NCBI GenBank assembly: GCA_051362555.1
Contig: CM120640.1
Span: 26,274,225 to 26,338,224, forward strand
Reading direction: 5' to 3'
Length of the DNA stretch: 64,000 bases
From: Lingula anatina
Lineage: Eukaryota > Animalia > Brachiopoda
Shown piece after piece: positions 52,701 to 64,000 of this stretch. Each line of letters starts with the position of its first letter. Position 1 is the stretch's first letter. The position numbers were made by a program, and so were the translations under genes. The notes below the pieces were generated by a model. That model worked only from the letters and a program-made list of their open reading frames with translations. It had not been told where the DNA came from and made no database searches.

Positions 52701-55700
52701 TTCAGGAATTGTCAGAAGTGGGCCAAGGAAGAGATGATGTAGTTTTTGGTGGTGATCCGGATCAATAATCAATCAATAATCAATAATAATAAAAAATTGC
52801 TGCCTTGGCGGAGGTCTGCGCTTTTCTAGTTTTACCTGTTTTTCTTGTGTAGGAATCAGCAAACACAAGGCAGCGGACGCCTTCCTGACTGACGTTTTCC
52901 AGACTAGACATGCTAGAACTACGCGATCGTGAAAATGAAGAGGACTGTCCTTGATCTGTAACATGACCAGCAGATTAATTTTCAAAACAAATATTAAAGA
53001 GTATGATTGTGAATAATGCTTTAATTCTGATAGTATTCTTCACTAGTGAAAAGTTCACAAAAAAACTGATTGAAGACATGCTACTACCATTAGGGGACTT
53101 ACAAATCATGCTTTTAGTGTGTTCTAGAAAAATAAACAAAAATTGTCTATACTTTTACCGAGATACTTTACTTTAACCATGCCTTTAGTAAATCCAATAA
53201 TAAAACTTAGGAGGAAAATATATGCTAAAATAGGTTCATACATCCAAAGCACACCAATCCCCAAATAAAAATTCATAAGAAAAATGTGCCAGCGTGTTAA
53301 GAGAACTAAAAGAATAAAAAAATATTCAATATTTTAAAATATTTTCAAATCTAACAGCCAAATTGTAAAATATAAAAATAAAATAGAGATAATCCACTAA
53401 ACAATTAACATGAAAACAGAAAAAAAAAAAAAGAATTCTACTTATGTAAATGATCAAATTTTGTCAACATGCAAAGTGCTTTTGCAAATTATTGGAAAAA
53501 AAAACTAAAAAAATTGAAATACATACATTACTGTATTGTGAAAAATAATCCATATAAATGGAATGGGATTTATTGCAATTTTGAAGTTGCTTTGCATTTT
53601 TCTGGAGCTCTGTTATTTTTATTGAGAAGGCAAATTTGTAGAATGTATGTTTTCTTTGAAAAAGCTAACCCTCCAAACACCCATATGCAGTAATGGAACA
53701 GTCCAGACAAAGTAGTGATGACTAGAAATGTAGAATTTAGTTTATGGACTGGTTGAATCTCATTGGAACACACATACTATAATGCTTCAAAAGCAAATAA
53801 CACTAAAACCTAAATATGTATATTCACTTTAAAATTTGTCACTTGTACACATTAAAATAAAAATGTTAATTTCTTAATAAATTTTAACTTCAACATATGA
53901 ATAGAGTTGAATAATTTGGATATTTAAGGATGTTCCAAAATGGACTGAAAACTATCAATTTCTACACTCCATTTCATTTATCATAACTCTTCCACTTGTT
54001 TGCATATTGGCAAATGAACAAAGAAACAACAATAAGTAACAAAATGTGCAAATTACAGTGAACTTGTCTCACACAATAAAGGAAAAAAACCTGAAAACCA
54101 AAACATCTGATGAGACAAACCAAATACAAAAGAAATCCCACCCAAAAAAGGACAACATAAACATAGCCAATGCAACAACTAACACAACAATCATGGATCC
54201 ACAAAATTCAGGTCGTTCTTGGTGCTGGACTGGACCGTAGTAAGCACATTATTTCACAAGAGGGTGCAGCACAAAACCCAGGAAGAGCTCATACCAGTTT
54301 CAGTGCTCTTGGGAACTTTCAGGGAATATCAAACATGCACCTTTCTATGGCATGCATAACCCTTAACGATTTTGGAAGGGATAACGATACTGTGTCTGAT
54401 AATTTGTTAGAGTACATCCTATCTCTGGTGGTGGTACGGTGGTGTGCTGTTAAAGGTTAGTGTTCAAACAAGTTGCAGAATTAATGTAAAAATAAGTGCA
54501 GTGAAGCAATGTTATTGTGATATAGGGAGTTGAACAGTGGAAGTGATTGAAATTAATACCTTTTTTTATCAAAAATGTTGTAAAAATTGATCATAAAACC
54601 AACGAATCCAATCTACCCAAAGTAAAAGAAAAATTATGATGCAAAATTTAACTTTGTTCATGAGTAAAAGTACAGATATTTTAAAAAGGCCAACAGCAAT
54701 GAGCTTTAGCTTTTTTTTTTTCAATTCAATAAAAATATCAACATCCACTGTTCAAGAGCATAGTGGCTTGCCTTGAAATGGCAATCAGATTTGAAGTTAG
54801 TAAAACATAATTTCAGAGCAGTTCACTAAGTCAAATAAGAAATGCTTAGACTTATTTTAATATAAATATGGCACTAAACAAAGAAAATGATTTAAATGTA
54901 AATTTTTAACTTTTTGAAAGAAAAAGAAAAGAAAATTGAATCTGTCACATAACACATCACACAGGGCATTTCTTTTGGTAGTCATTGGAGAAAAACTAAT
55001 TCCAGGTGATCAGACAAGATTATTACAAGGCTTCATTGGTATACTGGAACTAGAATGAGTTGTGATTTCAAGTCTCTCCAAGTAGACACCAAAAGTAATG
55101 CCTTGCATACAAATGTTGCCTTGGAATGGCAGCTGCACAGTTACAGAAGAGTATATCACTGACCCATGTGCCATGAGGAGCACCATGCAGTGTCACACCA
55201 TCCATGTATCTGTTACACAAGTTCTTGCCATATACAACTATCTTAACTAAGACAAAAGAATTAATATACCTAAAATATACTGCAAAAAGCTTGAAAGACA
55301 AATAAAAGCAGCAATGTTGTAGTGTGTCACAAAGTCATGAAAAGAGATATTTTGTTAAAGTGCCACAAAAGCACAAACATCCTTGTGTTCCCCCCCTTTT
55401 CTGTTGGTGTTAAATACAATGCCATAAGTGTTATTAAAGGTAGAAAAGCAACAATGCACCTCCGCCACCACCATTTGCATCCATGTCCAACGATGCTGTA
55501 CTTTGCATTTTCTGAATTTTGCGGATACCTTGGGACTTAGTCCGTCTCAACTCAGGAGGATGTTGTCTCTTTTGTTTAGTACCTGTAGGACTGAGACACA
55601 CCCCATTGATCTAAAAAGCAAGCAAAGATGATTAATCATGTGAGGTCTGTGTTAAAACTTTCAGCAGTGAAGGAATATTAGTTGTGTATATGCTGCCAGG

Positions 55701-58700
55701 TGCAATAAGGGCATGCTAAAATGCTGGCAATATACACATGTGCAAAAATCTGGTCATGCTCAATTTTCAAGTACACGGCATGCGGAGTGCTGAAAAAAGA
55801 AATTATCAGACATAAAACTGGATGCTGTGAACAAAACCCTTGCCCAGCATGTCATGCAGCCAGTGGAAATAGCCCTATTTCTAAGAGCTGCAAAGCTGCA
55901 AGCATCCATATCAAGGTTTTTTGCTACATACCGCCAGTTCCATTGCGAACAACTATGCTTTTCTTTGAGACCCCTGGCTCCTCACTGCGTAGATCAAGCA
56001 CTGCAACCCCCTTTGAGTCTCTTTTTATCAGACCCCGTCGTTTTTGTTCACCATCCGCCGTTGGTACTGACAGGTAATTATCTGATGGGCTCTTGCACTT
56101 GGGACGAGTTGTCTTTACAGAATGAAATTTTTTCTTAACCTTGATACTAAACCGGCGAAACTGACTCATCCCACTTTTATCATCAGTTTCATCACAATTC
56201 AGATCATATTTGACTGTTTCTTGGGACCTTGAGTTACTTCCTGCCATTTTTAGACTATTAACAACATGGTCATCTTCATCATCATCATCCAGTGCTGGTA
56301 CTAGAGGCTTATTGGAGACAGGCATCGATATGGCACGACGAACCATCGTAGGTCTTTCCTCAGCAGCAGGATGAGGAATGAGAAATTTACTTTGCAATTC
56401 TCCAGTCTCAATGCTCTCCAGCTCACGTATCATCTCCCGTTTTTCCATTTCAAAGGCTTCAAGAGCTGTCTCAATCTCCATAGAGCCATCGGACTCGGTG
56501 CCGGAAACATCATCCTGGTGGTTTAGGTCCAGGTTCTCAGTGGCGGACACTGTAAGTAATGTCTGAGTTCTTTCGTTCCTGGGGGTCCCAGGCGAGCGTG
56601 GAGACCTGGGGCTACAAAGATTACTAGATGCTAGGCCAGGGGAGGGTGGAGGCTGCAAAAACAATCAGCAGTTAACCAAAACAAAGGAAAATTTGAACTT
56701 AAACACAAGCACCAGACAGAAAAAAAAAATGCAAAAATAAATCAGTAAGACACCCTCACTGAGGTCCAAACTCATTATGTTATCATACCTCAGCATTGCC
56801 ACTTCTATTATACAAGAAGTAATGTAGCAGAAAAATAAGGATAATGAAGGGATTCAACTAAAATCAGAAACCAAGTGTTACTTTTTTAGATGAAGGAGGT
56901 CATATAGGTTGTTGTGGATAAGAATAGCTAGATCATTATGTTGTACACACGTAGGAAGCTAAGCCAGGGTGCCATATACAATGCAAGGCAGAACCTGACA
57001 ATGCACTGATAGATCGGCATGTGAAGAAGGGTTGGAAGCATGCTCAGACACAATATCTGCTCAGGTTTGGTGATACATTCAGCATACAAGGAGTCTATTG
57101 AATCTAAAGAATGCTGCCCATATTTCTACCCAGCATACATAATACACAAATAAACATCAAGTAGCATCAGTTGTTCTTAAGTGTGATATATTATAATCCA
57201 AACACTACTTTTTCACCACAACATCAACGCTTTGGACAATTTGCGTCGTGGATTCCAGAAAGATCTTAACATTGAAAATATTTTTAAATAGACAAGAGGT
57301 TCCCTTTCAATAAATGCAAGTATCTGCTATACACAGGATGCTCACAGTCTAACATTAAGTGAGTGTATAGTACACTTTCACTTCTCACCAAATTGATGCT
57401 CACAAGAGTCACAAGGCGATCTTTAAGCTAATGAAAAAGAAATGAATTATTTATGTATACTAGTCTGAGTAATTAGTGTCAAATGTAAGCTAAATTTTTT
57501 TCAAAACCTATGCACTTTCACTGGTGAGATAAGTAATCAAACACAAAATTAATTTCTATGAAAAGGCATAACATTCGATGAATACCAAGTTTTTTTTTTT
57601 TGAGCTGTGATTCTGACTCACATAAACAATACTAATGAAATTATGATATAACATCATTTACAATATTACCTATATAACAGTATAAGTGAGATTAATAAGC
57701 AAGAGTAACTGAGCAGCCAAACCAGCATGATGATGAAGTTAACTCAGCTTTCAATGAAATTTAGTGGACAATTATATATATATATATATATATAAGGTCA
57801 GGGAGAAAATGTTTTATGTTCATGTCCATGTTATTGCACAAACAAGGAAGGTCTGGTTTGATAAAGCTTTGATAAACTAAGATCTTTTGTTTAATACCAC
57901 ATTAAATCAACTTCCATATGCCCCATGGCTAAATAGGTTTGGGGGAAAAAGGTCCCGGTTCACTTGTTAAAACACAATCAAATATCTATGCCTACATTAA
58001 GGTAAAGTATAATATGCCTTTTCATAAAAAATGAAAATAAATGTGCACAAATGACTGTATAATGCTCTACCTGTTCACTAGTTGGCGATTTACAGTCCTC
58101 TGAAGTGGTGGAGTTCTGCGCCTGCACTCCCTGAAGGTCATTAGGCCGTGACTTGGTTGTCTTGGGAGATCGTGGCACTCTTTGGTAAGGGTCCATAGAA
58201 CCTGTGAAATGAAAACATTAGAAGCATAGTAACTATATCACACATCTTGCAAATTAATCTTTAATACAAGACAACCCAAAAAATACAAAAAAAAGTTCCT
58301 TTAATAATACCTAGGCTTCATTATACAAACAAATATGCTAGCCGTCTTTATATCCACATACTTGTAGCTGAACAAGAACAATCGTTGCTATCATTCTGTC
58401 TGTGCTGCTTATAATAACATTGTTACAATGGAATCAGAAAGCATACAACAGATTATAACCTGTAAGTATTCATTCGTATTAAGTTAACAATGTTAATGTC
58501 ACATTGTTTCTGTAATCCCAGAGCTTACCATACAAATCTGGTGTTCCCATGTTTAACAGACATGTCTTCTGCATATAATCCACTATAGCCAGCCCAGTGT
58601 CATTGCCAAATGCGAGTCTGGAAAAGAGAAACCTCTTTCAACAACAAAATCCAACATGCCATCTTATAATTCACAGAGTTGTCTTCTGCCTGACTATCAC

Positions 58701-59909
58701 TTTACCAGGGATGAGGCTGCCACTTAGTGACAAAGTCGGAAAATTCGGCGCTAGGTCCAGGGGGCCCCTAGGCCAATTATATACCTGGCTCCCAAAAAGC
58801 AAGAAATCTGCCAAAAGTTGGAAAAATCTCATCCCTGCTTTACGGATAAAACTTTTAATCAATTCTCAGAACTTACAGATGAAACTTTTAATCAATTCTC
58901 AGAACTTTGCAATGCACACATGTACAGGTAATGTTAGACATATCCAGTTTATCTTATTTCACTACTTCAAACGCTTTTCAAACATCTGAGTACTCACAGC
59001 CCATACGAAGAGTTGACACTGATACTGGTTATGTTTCCTGGTTTTTCTCCCTCCACACTTCCTAAGACACAGACCAATGTTGGTTGATAGCCTGCTGAAA
59101 ACTTTCTAGAGCCTCCTTTAACTTTCACGCTGGTAAACAGCTCCTAGAGAACAATACATATTAATTTTGTTAGAGAGAAGGCTACAGAATCCTTTAGCCT
59201 GCTGAAATGATTTAAAATAAAACTATAATCTTAAATATTAAATGATCAGTGGAAATGTTTTATCTTTAAAATGTACATTAACCTGTTCAAAAAATATTAT
59301 AAATGATAACTTATCATCAGAACTTTATACTATATGAAATTTTCAGCCTTCATATTGTTTTCCAATTGCCATCTGAGCATCAGTAAGTCATGATTTGAAG
59401 CTCAGTTATTAAACAGACAAACAAAAGCACTTTCAGGAAATATTTCTTAATTTATAATTCATTTTTGTACTATCACAAACACTCGTAATGTCTGTACTAT
59501 TCAAATGGCATTTACAACTATCTAGCACCACTAAATAATCTATGACAACATATAACCATGCAGACCAAGTTGCCACATAATAAGGGCAACCAGTTTCAAA
59601 TCCAACTCTGTATTTTAGCATAATAATCATCATATTCTTCATTCACATCAGCACAGACATTCCAGTCATCTAATGCAGTCTCCTGCCCCTTGGAAACATT
59701 TGAAATGCATGACACATTCACATCATAGTGATTATCATACATGTACTTCATCAAAACCATAGGGAAAGTAAGGTTTGAAATGAAGCAGAACATCCATTAT
59801 ACCACGCATCACCACTAGGGATATGATACATTCACAGAGAGAAAGAAGTCACAGAAATTTTCATTTTGGAACCAGAAATGGATATCACACAGTGCTTAAT
59901 GCTTTTAGG

Positions 59910-59944
<35 letters not shown>

Positions 59945-62900
59945 ATTGAATTAGTACTAAAAGTGTTTGAGTTATAAAAAAATCAAAAAGCTTCACAGAT
60001 GATAGAGATACACTGAACGTACTAGTAACTAACAAAGCATTCATACTCACAGTTTGATTTTGCTGCTGTTGATGTTGATACTGTCATACAACAGAAAAGC
60101 AGTAAAATCAAGGCTCACAAAAACATATTCAAACAGACAAACAATAGAATAGTATAAAACATGCTCCGTATAACTATTATTGTTCAAATTACTATACAGC
60201 AATATCAATGTGCAAGAGAAAGACCATTCAATACACTAAGGAAAAATAAAGTGCACAAAATCTATCATGTCTTAATACTGTGATCTACTATGCCTGCACA
60301 TCTAAGCACATGATTTTTTAAAAAAGCACTACATGCTAAGCAATTGTATCATGAAATCGAAATGTCCTTCTTCTTTCACAGCTCAAGATACAATTCCACC
60401 AAGATAGCATCATCATTTTTCAAATGATTTTTATTAGAAAAGATCACTGAAGATGTAAAAAAAAAAATTGGATAGTTCTGCTTTTTTTTTTTAATTATCT
60501 AATTCCTTTTTAGTTGACCATGATTCAATCACCAGCAGCACCTGGCAAATCATTTCAAAAACAAATCCTTCAACCTGCATGGAAATTTTCTCCTTGTTTG
60601 AGAATCCCTGATGATTTTCATAAAAAGTTTTGGCTAGTGCAAATCAATATTGTCTTAAGTAATTTCTGCTGAATATTTTACTGTTATTCTGGTTTTTGTT
60701 TTCAAGGCCATGTTCACTGTGTGTATTCTTACCTGCTTTGCTGTGTCTGAAGCAGAGCTGGAGTAGGAGCCCACACTCCCACTTTTCTGTGATGTTAACC
60801 CAATAGAGGGGCGAATAGGTGGGAACTCAAACTCAGGTGTCTCTTCTACTTCATCAAATACTTCATATACAATGGAAATCTCAAGACTCTAAAATACAAT
60901 AAAAAAATATATATATATACATACAATCATCTTAACACTGCAAATTTGTAAATTATCACAAAATTATCTGATCAAGTTATATTTAATGTTTTTGTTTTTA
61001 ATATCAAACTGATTTCACTTGGAAAATGACTAATGCTTTTTATAAAATTATACGGTATATATACATTCAAGTAGATAGAGTAGCAGTTAAATATAGCATA
61101 ATGAAGTTATGTTTTTACTAAGTACTGTAACTATCACTGAAAATGAGAAGAACTCGATAGACAAAAAGACAACCCTATGGTAGGATTCCAATTCCAGTAA
61201 ATTTGAAATATGATATAATTTAAGTGCTGATCTACAAAATTGCTCTGAAAGCCCATTAGAGAGGATGAGATGTGGATCTTATAGGAAATAGCAAACTTTT
61301 TCCAAGGCCTGAAACTGAAAGTGCTTATTCATTTTCTTCTGACAGTTATTGAATTTTCAGGTGAGAAGGCAGTAGCAATGCTTATCAGATTCAAAAGGGA
61401 AGAAAGTAGTAAGCCCTGGTGCAAGGCTAAATTATGAACTTATAATGTGCCTCAATCATCATTAATAAGGTTATACGGATAATGACCAAAAGCTGACATT
61501 CACATATGGAGAGCATAGAAGCAGGCTTCCAGATTCAAAATCGAATTAATCACTGGCTTCGAATAATGTGCATACCCTTTCCTAGTCCTAGACTTCACAA
61601 ATTCCCAGTGTTTCCCTCTTGAGATGTGCTGGCATTTCTAGGCTTATTGATTCAAAATACCTTACAAAATTACTCAATTCTTTGTGGATATCCTTCAAAT
61701 CACCTTAGCCTGCTAAGTATATTTCTTTATGCAGTAAGGTGGTGTCTGTATGTCTGCATTTTCTTAATAAACCACTGCTGCTTTTTTCCAAGGAAGGCGT
61801 GATTGTGACAATTAATTTCTCAATGAGACTCAGCATTTGAAAGCAAACCAATTAAACAAAAGTACTATAAAGAAAAAAAAAATTGTTGCAAAAATGATCA
61901 AGTCACAAAAAAGGAGAAAGTTCACTGATAGCAGCAGTTCAATTCATGTCTCTTCTTGGGGTTCTCAAAACTAATAAAACTGCCCAAATCACTGACTCAG
62001 GATTGAGATAATGTGAGTTTGGAGAAGGGTCCCTTTGAGGTTTAATCAATTAAATTTAGGGAGACATAGTGAATTCAAATCATCTGAAACTTTGATCATA
62101 TGAAACGGGGATAATTTTCAGGATGAAGTGTGATAAACCTACCCTTCTAGATGCAAAGAAGCAATCAGCCTCATCCTGATAATAAATACACAAATATAGG
62201 AAAAAAATGCATGCTGCTCTTCTTATTACAAGAACATTCAGTTTATCTGCTCACATAAAATGCACATATCATACATTATTCAGGAACCACCAATGGAATA
62301 GTCCCAATACAGGCTGACAAAAGTGTCCAGGATCAATACACTGACAGCTTGCCAACAGGCTTTAACATAAGTGCTTTATACATTGGCACAAAATTTCAAC
62401 ATAAATAAGAACAAGGGTTGATTTTACTTCAGAGATTTCCAAATGGTATTTACAATTTTGCAATCATCATAGCCTGACCATTTTTTAAAATGTTGTTACC
62501 TAACACTTCTGTAGGAGCTAAATCAATTGCATGGCACTTGTCCACATATAATTATTCACATAAAACAAGATTATGTTACCCTTACAACTACCTCAGAGCC
62601 AAATCATTACCCTTGAATAATAGGTATAAGGACAAAAATCCATAAATTATCAAAATGACAGCACTTGAGAAGTGGCAATAAGTAGTTCCTCTTCACTAAC
62701 TTCAAATATCTTAAACATGTACAAAAACATTTTAAATACGAATATGTAATCTCATCTCTTGGCAATATTACATCTCAGTGCTCATTAATGTGGTATAATA
62801 TTATCATTAAGAATCTGCCAAAAGCAAATTGGTGTGGTTTGGTTTCAGTCTCCAGTACTTACCGGCACCTCCAGCACCCCCTCCTGTTTACTGTACTTGA

Positions 62901-63900
62901 GTAGAACAACATGTGTCCTGCCTGCTACCACTAACATCCTACTTTCTGCCTCCAGGTACAACTGCTGTATTGCAAATGGCCCCTCCTCTGCCTCGCCAAC
63001 ACCACCGCTGCCATTCTCTGAACACTTGTTTTTATGGTGCTTGTCAAATATTTTAGCAGTCTTCACTTTGTACAGCACCTGCAGTGTTACTGCAGACGCA
63101 TCCCAGAATTTTATGGAGCCATCGGCATGACTAAAGAGAAAGGCATACTATCCATTATCAACAATGAGGTCTGGGATTTATGCAGTGTTTTATTGTTGAT
63201 GAATGCATTGCTGTATGATATGAAAAACACATCATTTAATTAAAAATGTTTACTCTTTTATTCAAATCTTACCCAGTAATAATAATTTCAGGGTAGCTGC
63301 ATGTAGTTGTGCCCCATTCTCCACCTTTTACTGGCCACTCCTAAAATGGGAATCAGAAATAGTAACAAAAATTAAATCTTTCTGCAAAACAGCAACGGTA
63401 TAATTTTTATCCATACAAGATACTTATCTTCCATAAATCTGCAAACCTTGAAAAGAAATATAAATATAAATACTCTCATTTGTTTAACTTTTCAGTATGA
63501 CAAAATTCAAAGTTACCACTTATTAATTTATGTATAACACTAAATTCTGTGTTTGCATTGGCAATATATTAATGACAACAACAATTACAACAACTATGAC
63601 ACATTAAAACCAAATGACACATTAAATACAAAACAAATCCAGAGAAAAAATAAAAACTACTTAAATGGAGGACCACAAAAACTATTTATTAACAAACTGT
63701 CCTCATTGATCTATAACCCTCACAGTACAATAGTTCATTTGATTATTACCTTTGTACTAAATCCAGACTTCTTCTGCTGCTTAGAGCCAACTGAGTAGAA
63801 GGCTGGTATGAGATCTGGTGGGCAGTCTGCATAATACTGGCAGCAGGTTACAGGAGATTCATGCAGATCCATAGGGTACGGATTCTCAAAACACGGATAT
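46717..63900 (-). CDS. STXBP5: Tomosyn / syntaxin-binding protein 5 (WD40 plus C-terminal R-SNARE); 5' part lies outside the window
   Basis: Exons 63900-63750, 63340-63273, 63130-62863, 60888-60733, (60080-60051), 59143-58998, 58617-58529, 58201-58071, 56652-55932, 55582-55460, 52955-52836, 52427-52305, 51976-51839, 51200-51097, 50798-50708, 49287-49179, 47829-47734, 47545-47421, 47185-47070, 46854-46717; phases consistent. Motifs ENPYPMDLHESPVTC, IITGHADGSIKFWDAS, FSRSRSSS, LWVGTSLG, ERGEKLGELE, YKDKKWYQF*. Confidence 0.95.
52600..52832 (+). mobile_element. Short HINE-type element in a tomosyn intron
   Basis: TTTATCTCCGCCAAGGAGGTTATG + GTCT/GTTT microsatellite ... CCTTGGCGGAGGTCTGCGCTTTTCTAGTT. 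Confidence 0.8.
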
Positions 63901-64000
63901 CTGAAACCATATATTATACAAATTAACAGTAATAGATATATAAGTTTCCATTTCAAGGTCAAGCTTCAAAATTCAGGCAGGAAAAACTGTAATTGAAAAA

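Noticed and set aside
54295-54446. Extra tomosyn cassette exon
   Set aside because: Good acceptor, but none of the candidate donors restores the required phase without a stop.

Overview
AT-rich, intron-rich animal DNA, probably a lophotrochozoan (inferred from gene and repeat types). Left: a LINE 3' remnant, a short three-exon minus-strand transcript that resembles a snoRNA host, and a complete seven-exon NUDT6 gene (+, 4645-9045, 278 aa). Right: the 3' part of a tomosyn/STXBP5 gene (-, 46717 to beyond 63900). The ~35 kb between these convergent genes is accessory. It holds (i) a CpG-rich ~970-bp insert that folds into long stems with plus-strand G.U bias, (ii) a TATA-driven ~20-exon minus-strand non-coding unit built from a 13-copy exon+intron tandem array plus 52-bp and 70-bp minisatellite exons, (iii) an orphan but intact four-exon 3' fragment of the anti-transposon helicase MOV10, and (iv) ~13 kb of nested Helentron-associated (HINE-like) elements with 161-bp satellite arrays. 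HINE termini and a ~1.1-kb direct repeat bracket this block, suggesting rolling-circle capture of cargo. All models were read by eye; no database search or folding program was run.
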